Assembly: GCA_002269645.1 (NCBI GenBank)
Contig: NIVC01003254.1
Coordinates: forward strand, 1 to 43,923
Reading direction: 5' to 3'
Origin: Macrostomum lignano
Taxonomy: Eukaryota
DNA: 43,923 nucleotides
The number at the start of each line of letters is the position of its first letter. The stretch's first letter is position 1. Both the position numbers and the translations under genes were made by a program. Shown here one piece after another: positions 11,303 through 23,825 of this stretch. The notes under the pieces were generated by a model. The model did not search any database and was not told the DNA's origin. It worked only from the letters and a program-made list of their open reading frames with translations.

Positions 11303-11615
11303 ATAATAATTGATTACACTGATGCCCAATGGCATGGGCAGATGTGCAACCGACAGCTCAGCCGAAGCCATTGTGCGGCGCATCTGAAGGCTGAGTACGG
11401 CTGTTCAGTCCAAGGACTGGGGGGGGGGGGTCGCCACACACACCCTCAATTACCCCAGCTAATGCTGGCACCCATTTTACAGCTGGGTGAACTGAAGCAA
11501 TGCAGAGTTAAGTGTCTTGCTCAAGGACACAAATTGTTCCAGTGGGATCGGGAATCGAACCCCCAACCTTCAAGTCGTGAGTCCGATGCTCTAACCGCTA
11601 GACTACAATTACAAG
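11303..11615 (-). mobile_element. SINE family 1, full-length tRNA-derived CORE-type SINE with 10-bp TSD
   Basis: TSD GTTTAATTCA at 11293..11302 and 11616..11625. Minus strand: A box TAGTCTAGCGG, B box GGTTCGATTCC, then GTGTCCTTGAGCAAGACACTTAACTCTGCATTGCTTCAGTTCACCCAGCTGTAAAATGGG (resembles the MIR CORE as I recall it), AT-rich tail. Confidence 0.9.
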
Positions 11616-12342
11616 GTTTAATTCAGGTCGCGTCTTAAATAAGCAGAGCCCTAAAATATTTAACTTAGACATGTCAAAGCTCGACCTACTCCCAGCTCAA
11701 GCTCAAGCTATTCTACAGGTTCTAACCTCAGGAATAAAGTCAACCGCAGGCAGTTCTGTCCGAGGGCTACTCGCAATGTGTTTAAATCAATTCAGTAGAT
11801 GCTCACTTTGATGGTCACTCTGATTCTTACCTGAGAGCTGAGACTTCATGATTTAAAAGCTCTACTATAATCTCGGTGAACTAAGGTAAAATCGGTAAAA
11901 TCAACTAAGGTCTTGGCCCCTAACAACTATCTCGCAGTTAAAACAAAATTCAAAAAACCTCAGCTATTGAACTTATCGATTTTTTTACCTGGTGCAGATA
12001 TATGTCAGCTCTTTAAAACACTGGTTCGCAATCAACGATCACCAAAGCTGACATGCCTAAAACAAGATGTGCTTTAGTGAACTCTTTACAACCCTTTTTT
12101 ACCTTACTATGAATTAGCAATAAATAAATAGAAAAGGATCATGTCTTTTATTTTGCGTGTTTGCTATGCCAAAATAATTAAAACTTTCAAACTGATATCA
12201 CGCGAGGAAGCTAATAATCGTATATATTTATTGTATTAACTTTCCAACCCACATTTAGAAAAGCACCATGCACCAAAAGTCTGGGATAAGTTAAGCAGTC
12301 ATGAGTCAGAACTGTCTGCTGAACAATACGAGCGCGGTAAGC

Positions 12343-13714
12343 TCAATAGCACTTGAACTTCATCAGAGTGCGCCGCATTGGAACGTATTTCCCGTTCACA
12401 GCGAAGCTGTTGTACGTTGGATTGTGAGTGATCTTTCTGTCGGTGGTGTAGGCTCCGTTCAGGTTTACATGGTGGCACGAGCCGTACCACCAACCACCGT
12501 AGCCAAACCTTCGAGAGCACGAATGCCTGTAGCTGTCGTGATCTCTGTCGAATGTGCTGAACCTCTTCTCTTTGTGGTAGAGAAACCCGTTGCCCAGTGC
12601 TGACCGGCCGACCTGCTGTCCGACGCGAAGGCGGTACTGCTGCTCAGGACCGAGCACTTGGAACATTCTGAACTCGGCTTTGTACTTCTTGCCTTTTAAG
12701 CTCTGAGCCTCGATTCTCAACCGGCACCGCGAAGTCAAGGCGTAGCCGTTCTTTTCACCAGTTTTCGTCATCTCCGACAGACGGTCCAAGCCTGTGGGTT
12801 GGAAATACAGAATAGTTAATCCCCCATTTAGGTATTTACGCAATTACTTCGTCACTGTAAAAAGCCGGTTCGCAATTTGTCAGAAAGGACTGAAAGTTAC
12901 TTTGACCAACTGGAAGTTATTTTGACTAACTGGAAGCTACTTTGACTAACTGGAAGTTACTTTGACCAGGTATCTGAAGTTTTTTAGCTCCGCTTCTGCT
13001 CAACTCACCCATCCAGTAGTTGGAGCTGGGATTTCCGAATCCCTTCACATAGGAGTCCCAGTTCTGAGCGAACGAGAGGCTGCCGTCGACCCGCCTCTGA
13101 AACACGATCCAGCGGTGCCGGTTGCACCTCAGCCTCGGCAGGTTGGCGCTGCTCCTGCCGCCGAACCTCACCGGACTGCTGCCGACTCTGCCGAACGCTT
13201 CGAACTGCAGTGCCCGACCGATGTCTGATGGGTTGCTCACGAGCTCGTCTCTGAGGTACCGGCACCTGCGGAACGAGCTGCACAGGAAGATGAGGTCGGC
13301 CCTCCTGCCCGAGTTTTTTACCCTCGCCATCACGGAGAGCCCGGACTGTCGGCTTGACAAGCCTTGATCCGCCTTCACATTCAGCCCGATGATTGACACG
13401 CGGCCGACTTTCTTCGACGAGCCCTTGCGCGATCGGAGCGTGTTTGCATCGATGCGAACTGACAGAGTCAGCTGGTACTTCATGTAAACCCGGCTGAATT
13501 TCAGAGCACTGCATGAGGACTGGAAAGCAACTCTCGGCTCGGCAACGCGAACGCCATCGATTTCAAAGACGTCCAACTTCGATCCTTTGAATTTGGTGGT
13601 GCCGACTCGAGCGAAGCTGCCGACATCCATGTAACCCGACTGTCCGTTGATATCCGCAGATGTGCAGCAGGCGAGAGCCAGCAGAAGGCCGGTGATCAGA
13701 GTCCAGGACTGCAT
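12343..13714 (-). CDS. Secreted fibrinogen-related domain protein (FReD), about 384 aa, 2 exons
   Basis: complement(join(13009..13714, 12343..12791)), phase-1 GT-AG intron joining NYWMG|LDRLSEMT. Signal MQSWTLITGLLLALACCTSA; motifs WIVFQRRVDGSLSF..NWDSYVKGFG, FSTFDRDHD, C..GGWWYGSCHHVNLNG. Confidence 0.92.
12890..12968. repeat. 20 bp tandem repeat (TTTGACTAACTGGAAGTTAC-like, about 4 units) in the FReD intron
   Basis: Visible repeat. Confidence 0.85.
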
Positions 13715-13789
13715 TTTGGCCGCAAGTTAAGCTAGTTAGAGTTATTGACTGAGTTCTGACCGAGGCGATGAGGGCCGCTGCAGGATTAG

Positions 13790-13803
13790 GGTTATATATA
13801 ACC
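13790..13803 (-). promoter_or_regulatory. Candidate TATA box for the FReD gene (palindrome GGTTATATATAACC)
   Basis: Perfect 14-bp palindrome about 80 nt upstream of ATG 13714. Confidence 0.4.
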
Positions 13804-14563
13804 GATTGATAAGGCTCTTAGAGGATCCCCACCTCCTCCAAATCGCCTGAAGTTGTCGAAACCGCCCTTCGGCTCAAAGCTTTTCTGAACAGGTGCGAAG
13901 CGTTTGAATCGGTTTCTGTCCGACAATATTTTTGGTCCGCCTTAGCAGCTGTTTGACAAAAATTTTCGAGGACTGCAATAACCCAAGAAAGTAACGCTTG
14001 AGAGTGTCTGAGCTACCGCTTAGCACATTTTTTGCGGGGTAATGGTGTTGGAAATATTTCCTAGTGAGCAGTAATGCGTCGAATATCTAAATAGGGAACG
14101 GACGAGAAATTTTGGAATCCCAGAACCTAAGTGATCGATTGTCAATTCCTCACTGAGAAACGAGTTTTATTGGGCGTTTTCCATGTTTGAATATCTGCTG
14201 GACTGAAGGCGAAGCTAATCGAGAGTGAAGACGACTCAAAATTTGCCTGACATAAGTCTCACTGACTTTGCAGTAGCCTATCGTTTTTTATTCAAATAGT
14301 TTTGAATATCGATAGTAATATACGAAGCAATTTTATTTATAAGGTAGTCACTTGTTATTCCAACTTGCCTATAAAGAATCTATTGCAATCGTGAAAGTGT
14401 ATATATTTTAGGGTCAGATTGGTCAGGGAAATCAAAAAGTTCTGAACTAGGTGAATTTGATCCAATAAAATCAGCGTGACTCCTCTTTGTTCAAAGCAAG
14501 CCTAATCTAATTTTTCCTCTTTTTCCTTTATTTTCTCAAAGTTTCTCGAAAATTCATCTCATT

Positions 14564-16011
14564 TGATAAGAATCCAGCGCATCGGGGTGATGGGTTTCGA
14601 CCTTTCGGCCCCCTTGTGGGGAAGCCTTCGGGCCTCAGGTCTCAGAAATAAATCAATTAGAGTCCTGGCCCCCCACTCCTGTCAGATGGTCAGCTCCATG
14701 GTAGCTTGATCGTGTGGCGAGCAGTCTAGGTCCTATAGCTAAGAGAGGGACAGCGAGAGACAAGCAGGGAGAATTTTGAAGGTAGAAATTAGCTAATCCG
14801 TAGATTAACTAACCCGCTGCCACCAGCCCGTGCGTTCTGACTCACCAAACCGGTACTCTCGAAATCGGGCTTCCGACTAGAAGGGGCTTTGCACTTACCT
14901 GCCAACTAGTGTCTTTTTGCTGTCAATCTCGAAGTCATAGCCGGTGATAAGGGACACTGCTGGGACTAGATCGCATTGGCCATGCAGGTACAGAGGTGAC
15001 TTGTGCAGGGGATTCTTGCAGTGGCGAGTCTATGGGGTAGCTACATGTACTATTACATTGCTAAATACGAAAATGTGTACTTTTGGCCTTCAACGCGCAA
15101 ACTAGCCTCTCATAGCGCTGATGATAGACTAACTCGAACATCAGAGACCGCATGATTCATCACCCGAGCCGCTTGGCTAACCTAGAGTGCACAGAGTACG
15201 TCTCTTGAGCCGATTCTGCACTATTGGCAATTTCGCTAACTGATTTGATAGATTGATCGACTTAGAACTGCCTTGCCATTGGTCCACTGTGACCGGCGCC
15301 TACTAGCTTAGCTACTCATCTGAGCCATCGGCGAACAAAGAAATAAAACCGATAAAAATAACTGTTAGATTTAACCTTCTCCTTAGATCACTTCACACTT
15401 CAGATTGAATTGGAGTTTTAGACTACTAATAGTATTATTAAGTGATTTCTGCCTCGATAACAGCACTGCTGAACAAAATAGCAAAAGTGTGCGCCTAATC
15501 CAGCTACTGTAACATGGGACAGATAAGGAATCACCCAATCAAGCAAGTCTAGGCAGCTTCTCACCCAACCAATCAGAAACTCAACAGCCGGAGACCAGGT
15601 AATCCACAGTGACCGAATCGGCTTAGTGCTTCGCAGCTGTAGTCCCGGGATGATGCTGATGTCACAATCTTTGCTGATAGCTAGCAGGTGATGCTCTTCA
15701 CTTTGATGTTCACTGCTGATGACCGGGGGGATTCGTCCTTGATGATGATGAGGGAAGTCGCGATCCGGGATGATCAAGAAACGACGGTCAATTCCTGGCC
15801 GGTGGAGCCAAGGGTGGCACCCGGTCGCAAGAAGATTGCCGTCTAAGCGGGCCAAAAACACCGGTTTAAATAGCCGCCAACTGGACCGCAGTTTGTTATA
15901 ATGGAACACGTCGATTCTGATTGGCTGAGCCGATTTGTTAAAATGAGCGTCGAATTTTCTGATTGGATGAGCTAGTTGCTACCCAAAATCACGTGACGGG
16001 AGATCCTATCA
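14564..16011. mobile_element. Possible solo LTR or repeat insertion (TGATA..TATCA ends)
   Basis: GC-richer island with imperfect inverted ends TGATAAGAATC / GATCCTATCA and CCAAT motifs; no matching TSD. Confidence 0.3.
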
Positions 16012-16020
16012 GTTCCCACA

Positions 16021-16404
16021 GGGTCGTAAAAAGATGACAGGTGCGGCCATAAATCAGTCAAAATCGCAACAAAATGATTTATGACATTTTGCGTAGAATC
16101 GACAAAAATGAATGAAAAATATACATTAGAAAGCTCTTATTAAATAGAAAGTGAAGATAATGAAGAGAAATTGCTAATCGCTAATCCCAAAGTACTTTTA
16201 GGGGTAAAACGCATAGCTGTCAAAACTGTCACACGCTTGAGTGAACACGAACAATAGGCTCTGACCTCATAAATCTTGATGGCCTGTCAAAATGATGAGA
16301 AAAAAGCTACCGCCCGCATCCTCTCAGACCATCTGGCGCCCGCTCAACACTGAGTGAGGCGCAGGTGGCTGTCAGACAGCTTCGAAAGCGATGATTTATG
16401 ACCC
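16021..16404. mobile_element. Possible MITE with GGGTC(G/A)TAAA terminal inverted repeat
   Basis: GGGTCGTAAA at 16021 and TTTATGACCC at 16395..16404 (9/10); an internal 36-bp motif recurs at 36355..36390. Confidence 0.4.
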
Positions 16405-16927
16405 AAAAAGCTGCGCCTATGTTATTATGACTACTAGTATGACCAACATTATATCTAGTATAGATTCTATGACAATTCGCAGAAACAGGATAAAAATGCC
16501 CATGCCCACTGTTAGTAGGCTAGTAGGTTTAGAGCCCATGTGCTAGCGCGGGATTTGGAAAAAAGTGCGTCCTCATCAGGGGAATAAAAACAAGTAAAAA
16601 CATTGGTGACGAAAATCAAGAAGATATAGAGGTGAAACTGAGCAAGCGTGGACAGATTAAATTATTCAATCAATTGAAACAAATTAAATCAAATTAATCT
16701 TATCCTTCCTATATATTAAAAATATCTTTGAACCAAAGAAATCTATGGCTAATACTCAATTTAGACGCAACCATAACATATGGCACTGCAAAATCAACAT
16801 GCACATGTCTTGTTAAAATATAAGCATGCTGTGCTGACTTCGTTCATATGTAACGAGGTCTGCTCAGCATTGAAGCAACTGACATCATGAAAACGCTGCT
16901 ACTTCTGCTGGTAAATACTCCGTCAAA

Positions 16928-17734
16928 ATGGTTCACCTGTTCCACTTTTGCGTTCGGCTTCTCCTACTTTATCCTAACAAGTCGCTGTAAGCATTATTTA
17001 TGATATTCATAAATGTGTTTTCTGTTGTTAACTAGATAAACAAATAATAAAGCCTTGTTATTTGTTCAGCTTCCACAGATGCTGCCGTACTATTTAGAGG
17101 TCAGCGCAACCTCCTTCAACCGGTTGGTCCTTCTCAGTTGGTGCTCATGCCCGATGGGAACGGCTCTAACAACATAGTAGCTTATAATGCTCGCCACCCT
17201 CCACGTAACTCGAATAGAATTCAAAGTGACGATTCGAACCCCGCAGTCTGTGAGGTCACTCGGTCAGACGGCAGCTTGCATTACGTTGTCTGCAAGCAGT
17301 CTTCAAGCTACGGAGACTCGTTCTGTTGCGGCAGACGGCCAGCTCAGTACTGCTGCAGCTTCGAAGAGTTCTACAAAAGCAAAAATCGAAAGAAGTCGGA
17401 CAATTCTCAATCTGGTTTGATCGAAAGAATTGGCGTGTTCGCCATCGGTTTAGTCTGCTCCCTGCTGTTCTCCTGCTGTCTCTGCCTTATAGTCTGTCTG
17501 TGCATTGTGCAGCCGAAATGGCGTCAACGAACAGCGGTTGGCGCCATGCAGAGACGCACCGGTGGATCCGAGAAAAGCGGCTCTTCGGTGGCGTCTCAGA
17601 AAACTCTGTCGTCCATGCCGTCTCGTCCGGCGTCTCCGTCCCCGCCGCCGATGCAGCCTCCGCGGCAGCCTCAGATACCGCTTTCGCTGCAACTGCCTCC
17701 GCCGCCGCCGCCTTACTCACCTCCTGCTCAATAG
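16928..17734 (+). CDS. Shisa-like (six-Cys) single-pass protein S1, about 231 aa, divergent member
   Basis: join(16928..16986, 17098..17734), phase 2. Ectodomain VC..VVC..SFCCG..QYCC; TM IGVFAIGLVCSLLFSCCLCLIVCLCIV; tail ending PPPPPPYSPPAQ (PPxY). First exon less certain. Confidence 0.75.
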
Positions 17735-18706
17735 CGGTAGCTGAATCAGTAGCAGCTTGTCAATGCGCACAAGCTTGATCTTTCAATTTACAGGTAAGAG
17801 TTGAAAAAATCGAATTATTTTATAAGAAAGAGCATTATGACTAAGGCTGTGGCCATTAAAAGGACAAGACAATTCATGTAGCTGAATGAAATTCATGTAA
17901 CTCAAAACCAAAAGCATGAGCAATAGGCGAAAATTTGAAAAAAAAATTTCTGACCTAAAGTAAAAAGTAGTCCGTTTTTCTGTTTAAGCTATTTGAATTT
18001 AGAAAACGGTCTTAATTTAAACGATCTTAATTAAAAAAGGCCTGCTATCTTCTAAATTCTTCTGAATTTCGATTACAAAAAGACATAAGCCAACCTCGGA
18101 AATCTTTTAGGGGCTCTCCCTGGGTACTCCCTTCATGGCATGAGTGCTCCCTTTAATGCAGGGGTGCTCTCTGAAAGGGACGAGAGCTGTTTAAATCTCA
18201 TTAATTCGATTATTTACTTGCTTTACTAACGAAAGACGCCACGCATGTTTCAGTTATTCTTCCGCTCTGCATTCGGCAATCGGAAAGCACTTGAAATTGC
18301 AACAAAAATACGTCCAAGGTCTTTGAAGTGAATTGCAGCAAGCCGCGTTTGTGGCGCCAACCAAACAGTAACAATAGAAAAATACCTGTAACATGAAATC
18401 AACATTCGTTCCCTGTCTACTCTGCGTGTACTAAAACACAAAAAGTCCACTACGGACAGAGTTACACCGTAATAATGTCGCTATTTGTGTAATATTTTCT
18501 CCGTATCTTCACATGCGCAAGCATCATGCGCTACACATTGAAATATGCTGTAAAGAATATCATTTCTTTCGTTTAATAAACTTCTTTTAAGCACAGAAAT
18601 ATCTTCTTAAAGGAGTCAGCGGGAACGGGCAGAATTCCTTCAGCGCCGTCACATCAACGTTGCACAATGGTGACCACAACCATGCTGCAAGTAATATCGA
18701 TATTAA

Positions 18707-19070
18707 AGGGGGGCCGTAGCCCAGCGGTCTAGCGCAGGCTCTGATGTGCCAGCGACCCAGGCTCGATTCCGGGTGCGGTCACATTAATTTGGGGCTGGAT
18801 TGGAATCTCGGCTTGGCTCTGCTCGTGCAATTAACGGCCTTGAGAGCCAACCCCCAAGGCGCAGTGAAGTGTACATGCCTAACGATAATATAAAGTTAGG
18901 GCCGCTGTACACTCCTGTGTGAGTGTGTGCCTGCGTACGTATCCGCGCGCTTGTGTGCCTGCTCAGGGGAGTCGGCGGAATGGGCAGTAATGCCTCTCGC
19001 CGGTTGTGTGTTGATGTCGCTTGAAGTGCGCCAGGGTGCACACAACCCGCCTGCCTCTAATAAAAATAAC
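18707..19070 (+). mobile_element. SINE family 2: tRNA-derived SINE with 12-bp TSD
   Basis: TSD TATCGATATTAA at 18695..18706 and 19071..19082; head GGGGGCCGTAGCCCAGCGGT..GGCTCGATTCC (A/B boxes); tail AATAAAAATAAC. Confidence 0.85.
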
Positions 19071-19082
19071 TATCGATATTAA

Positions 19083-19466
19083 CAATAATTGAATATTAAT
19101 TAATTACACCTGCCCCAATCGGCAGATAAGCAGCCAAAGCTCAGCCGCAGCTATTTTCGTGGAGCGTGGAGCTGCCCCTCTTTTTCGCAATCGTGTGCGC
19201 GCTATCGCCCCCTGACCCTAGCGTCGTTTTAATGTAATGTAATGTAATCTGAAGGCTGCGTACGGCTGTTCAGTCAAAGGACTGGGGGCCGCCACACACA
19301 GCCTCAGTTACCCCAGCTAATTCTGGCATCATTTTACAGCTGGGTGAACTGAAATAATGCAAAGTTAAGTGTCTTGCTCAAGGACACAAATTGTTCTGAG
19401 TAGGTCGAGAATCGAACCCATGACCTTCCAGTCGCGAGTCCGACGCTCTAACCACTAGGCTACAGC
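19083..19466 (-). mobile_element. SINE family 1 copy with an internal insertion of about 95 bp
   Basis: Head, core and tail match the 11303 copy; extra segment about 19155..19248 ending in (AATGT)n. Confidence 0.9.
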
Positions 19467-19722
19467 TGTGTTTCGTGTTATAATGCAAAAAATATTATTA
19501 ACCATGAATTATAATTTTGTTTATAAGATTCGGTTCTCACAAAACCCACCTTTCTAATCATTTTCAAGATTATTCCATAGACAAAAGTTTCCACTGTTAA
19601 AGAAGACCTGTTTTGCTTTTGTTAAAGAAGAATTACGAATAGCTATTAAATACAAAGTCGTATAAGTCTGAAAAACGATTTTTTCATGCTTAACAGACGC
19701 CACTTGCTCCCAGCTAAACGAC

Positions 19723-22338
19723 ATGAGCAGTTCTGCAACAAGCAGATTAGCGACTGTATTTATTATTTTGTTTATTGGAATTATTTTTGAGGTACAAAAC
19801 TGTAAGTAAATCTGACATGAACTTTTTCTGATATGATAAAAATTTAGAGCAAAATTTAGAAATGAGACCTGTGAATACAGTTTGTCGATTTAATTCAATT
19901 TAATCCTGTGCTTTAAAGTATTTTAAGTTTGATTATTTAAGCAGTGCACACTCCATGCCAAAATCAATTTATAGCCTATTTATATGATTGCAGGTTCATC
20001 TTTTTCGGTTCATCTTTGCGCACAAAAATGGTGGAGGATATAAAGGGTAAATTTTTAAAATTGTTTAAAACCTATTTCTTCATATAAAACTTGTTATAAA
20101 TCAAACGTGACACACAATTATGTTTCAGTGGAATCCGTGGCAAAGAGAATGACTTCAAGTTCGATAGTATCTTCATACCGCAAAAATTGCTCTACTTATT
20201 CAAACACGCCCCCAGTGGCCTTACCTCCAAATACAGCCCATATCGGACAGATTTAAACTTTGGCCAAGTCGCAGTTTGCTTCGGTGATCGCTTGGCATTA
20301 CTGAAAAGTTACAACATGTTTGTTTGTCCGGAATCCGATGATGGCTCCAAGGCGAGCTCGTACGCTGACTTGGTTGCCAGGCCGGGTTCCAAGTCTTATT
20401 GCTGCGGCCCAGCTGGCAATCAGAAGTGCTGCTCAAAAGACGAGTTTACAGTCAAGAAGACGGCGTTGAACCCACCACTAGGAGGCAGCGCAAGCCCAAC
20501 GGCAGCCACCGCAAGTTCAATTGCTATCACTGCAACAAATCAGAGAATTCAGAACACTACTATTGCATCAGGCAAAGAAAAAAAGTCCGATAAAAAATCT
20601 GAAAAATCCAAGGGCCTATCCAAAACAATGATAGCCATTATCTGCGGCAGTGTTTCAGCTGGCGTTATCCTGATTGGTCTGCTGATTTTCTGCATCGTCT
20701 GTTGTCGTGGAAATAAGAAACCGAAAAATGCTTTTCCGGTAAGCATGTTTTGCAGTTACTTATTATAATCGTTCTAATGATGAGTCTCGCACAGTAGTAA
20801 AAAATCAGGGACAAATTGGTTAAGCTGAGATTTGCGACTTGTTTTACTGTCGAGACTCATATTTATAGTCACTCAAAATAGAAACGCATCGATCGTTAGC
20901 TCATCAACAGTGACGCAACCCAGTGGCGCCACAATAAGATACATTAGTTTAGTTCTATGCGAAAGCTGTGGTCGATATGTGGGCTAAAGATTTCACTACT
21001 GCCAATATACCGACTCCTTTGCTCTTGGAGGTCTCGAAAAATGATTTAGGTTCATTAGCCCGTATTCTCTGAAAGCTATGGCTTGTAGTTAAAAATCTTG
21101 GGCAAACCCAAGTTAAAAAATCCTGTTTAACAAAAGTTGTTTTGCTGCGTTAAGCATTAAAACCATTAATTCACGTTGGTTTTTAAATTAAAATGAGTGC
21201 AACTAAAGGTGAAAGATACGGCCAACTGGCTTTCTAAGCTTTATTTTCTGGTCACTAGATGTCTAGAAAGTCATTGACAAGCATTATGCTACCCATTGAC
21301 ACGTATGCAGAATGTGTGCTATTGTCCGTATTAGCGTGTTATTGACCATAGACAAAGCATTAGTTTAACGAGTTAGTGAGTTGAGTTATTAACGTTAATA
21401 AATTAAAAACAACAAAAACAACATAACCAACTTTTGACACGGGAATCCTGGCAGAAAATTCACGTCGGGGAAAAGCAATGATATTAGGGGTAAGGAATAG
21501 AAGTGTCTCAAGCAAAGTGTGACAAGCAGTCATGAAACCTTGCGAGGGTTATGTGCGCTAGTTTTAATTACGGCCAAAGACATGTCTTTGTTGCAGAAGC
21601 AAAGCGAACGTCACAAAAAGAGCGATCGATCGTCAGAAGGCTTTCTAGACACAAGGTGCATCATAGAGGCTAAAGAATAAGGAATTTTGTTAGACATTGT
21701 ACATTGTGTCAGACATAGTGTCAGACATGTGTCAGACATAGTGTCAGACATGTGTCAGACATAGTGTCAGACATTGTTAGATTTTTTTAGACATGGTGGA
21801 AGGAGAAAATCCTGAGGGACAGTGAAGCGGGAAAAAGAGTAAAATATGGAGATATGACATAAAATAATAACAAAGGTTACAATACGTCTTTAATTTATGC
21901 TGGAACCCAACCTGATGAAACTTTCAAACACTGACTCGCTGACATCAGGCGAATCAACAGTATGGCACCAATCAAAAGCCTACAGCTTACGGAGGTTACC
22001 CTCAGCAGCATTCGACGCCTTACTCCTATGCTCCGTCATCATATCAAGCAGAGTCAATGCAGCAGCAGTACCTACCGCCTGCGGCTCCATTTCAATCACA
22101 ACCGATGCAGCAGCAGAAGCAGTACCTTCCGCCACCACCACCACCACCACCACCGCCTCAACCGCTGCATTCAACGCCGCCGGCGCCGCCACCACCTCCA
22201 CCGTCGCCTCCACCGCTGCATTTAAAGCCACCGGCGCCGCCACCGCCGCTACCAACGCCGCCACCGTCACTACCGCCGTCTTTATCGCCACCACCACCAC
22301 CCCCACATTCACCTCCGCCACCGCCGTCACAGTACTGA
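19723..22338 (+). CDS. Shisa-like single-pass protein S2, about 373 aa, 4 exons
   Basis: join(19723..19791, 19994..20046, 20129..20738, 21949..22338); phases 0,2,0. Hydrophobic leader; VCF..MFVCPE..KSYCCG..QKCC; Ser/Thr/Ala stalk; TM MIAIICGSVSAGVILIGLLIFCIVCC; Gln/Tyr then poly-Pro tail. Confidence 0.85.
21698..21790. repeat. Short tandem repeat (GTGTCAGACAT-like) in S2 intron 3
   Basis: Visible repeat. Confidence 0.85.
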
Positions 22339-23159
22339 ACGAGTCTGGAAGCGCTGCTATAAAAACTTTTACTCAGTTTGAATACATAAAAAAAGTGCCA
22401 TACTTTATTGTAAGCCTTGCTGAATTAACAGTTGAAGTATTTCGTAAACCTTCCGATGAAGATTCATCGTTGGCAGCTAATCCAGCTAAATATATCGGGA
22501 TAGTTGCCTGACTTATACAATCTTATTCCATACTACAGCTGTGTTGCAATATTTTATGAGAGATTAGGCAGTGTTTTTCAAAAAATTGATGACAATTAAA
22601 AAACAATAGTTTAATACCGTACATAAAAATATGCAGCGCATGTGCCCTTCTGTTTGCAGGGAGCGATGCACTTTGGGGCTTGCTGGGGGGGGGGTTGGCG
22701 AGCGTGGCAGGGTCTGGTTTGCGCCCGGGTTTTTTGACTCAAATAAATCGAGAACCACCCAAAAGGATAAACGCGCATCTGATAACTCGGGTTGCCTAAG
22801 CGTCATGACGCCGGGAAAGTGGACCCTATACATTATATTTTCCTATACTTCAATTATATTGTCCCACTGTATAAGCACCATATAATGTCACAACATCTCT
22901 AGGAGCAACGCTACTTCTGAGCGTCACCTCACCAGAACGAGCAAATTCGTACTCAGAGCGTCATAACGCCTGTCAGTAGTAGTATCGCATTGGCAGAGCG
23001 TCACAACGCCTGCTGGTACCACCGTATAGCACTTGGGCTGCATGGGCACCCGAACCAACCTGCTGCATGGCTGCATGGTCACTACATAACCGATACTTAA
23101 GTCGGCCTGAGTCAATGTACTCGGATCAAGAAGTTTGCTAAGGGTCGAAAATCTAAACA

Positions 23160-23825
23160 GGCCACATCGAAGGAGCCTTTGAAAATGCTCTCTTTAACTC
23201 CTTCAGAAACTCCTTTTCCAGCAGGAATGTGAAGCACAGTATCGTTTGCTTGATTGACTTAATGATCCGCAACAGGTTTTCGACTTCCACGCTTATATGG
23301 GCCGCTAACTGCACCTGAGCGAGGATAAAAGGCGGTTTCGAAGGCGCCGTGCTCACCCCACTTCTGTGTAACCTCGTTATGGACGAGCTCCTGACGGCTG
23401 AAATTCCCAGCGGTATCACCTGGGCGGGGGACGCAGATGACGTCGCTTCTCTCGACAGCGAATTCTATCCTGCTACTCGGTGTGCAATTTGATGCAGCAA
23501 TTCGCCAACAAGGACGTAGTGACTGAACCACATAACATGACGTAAAAATCAGCGTCAAAAAGACAGTTGTCATCTTCAAAAAGCGCGTTCGTGCAATGGA
23601 GATGCAAAACCTCACTGTTTATGGTAGACACACTGTTTATGACCTACCTTGACAAAATCATCTTGCGAGCAAAGCGCTGCTTCGCCCAAGTGCGTAGAGC
23701 CATCGGGCTGACCAAGGGCCTCTCCCCAAAAATGGTTTGTTGAATTTACACCGGCATCATCCGACTGAGCATTACCTACGCGAGTTTCAACCATGATCTA
23801 GAGCAGAAGACCGCTTTGGAGCGCC
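23160..23825 (+). mobile_element. Degenerate LOA/R1-type LINE, left part (RT), interrupted by the Gypsy element
   Basis: [55 protein letters not shown]; continues after nt 30107. Confidence 0.8.

Noticed and set aside
15418-15909. 163-aa minus-strand ORF
   Set aside because: No recognisable motif or splice context; lies within a probable repeat island.
16887-16986. Alternative S1 start MKTLLLLL.. (ATG 16887) with a phase-1 join to 17070
   Set aside because: In frame and possible, but the ATG-16928 model gives the phase-2 AG|xGG junction seen in S2-S5; not excluded.
18708-18783. tRNA gene
   Set aside because: Anticodon and T arms are imperfect, and it heads a 364-bp TSD-flanked element; the same applies to the family-1 heads.
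22531-22875. Tc1/mariner-like MITE (TA CAG..CTG TA)
   Set aside because: Terminal similarity beyond CAG is too weak to support.
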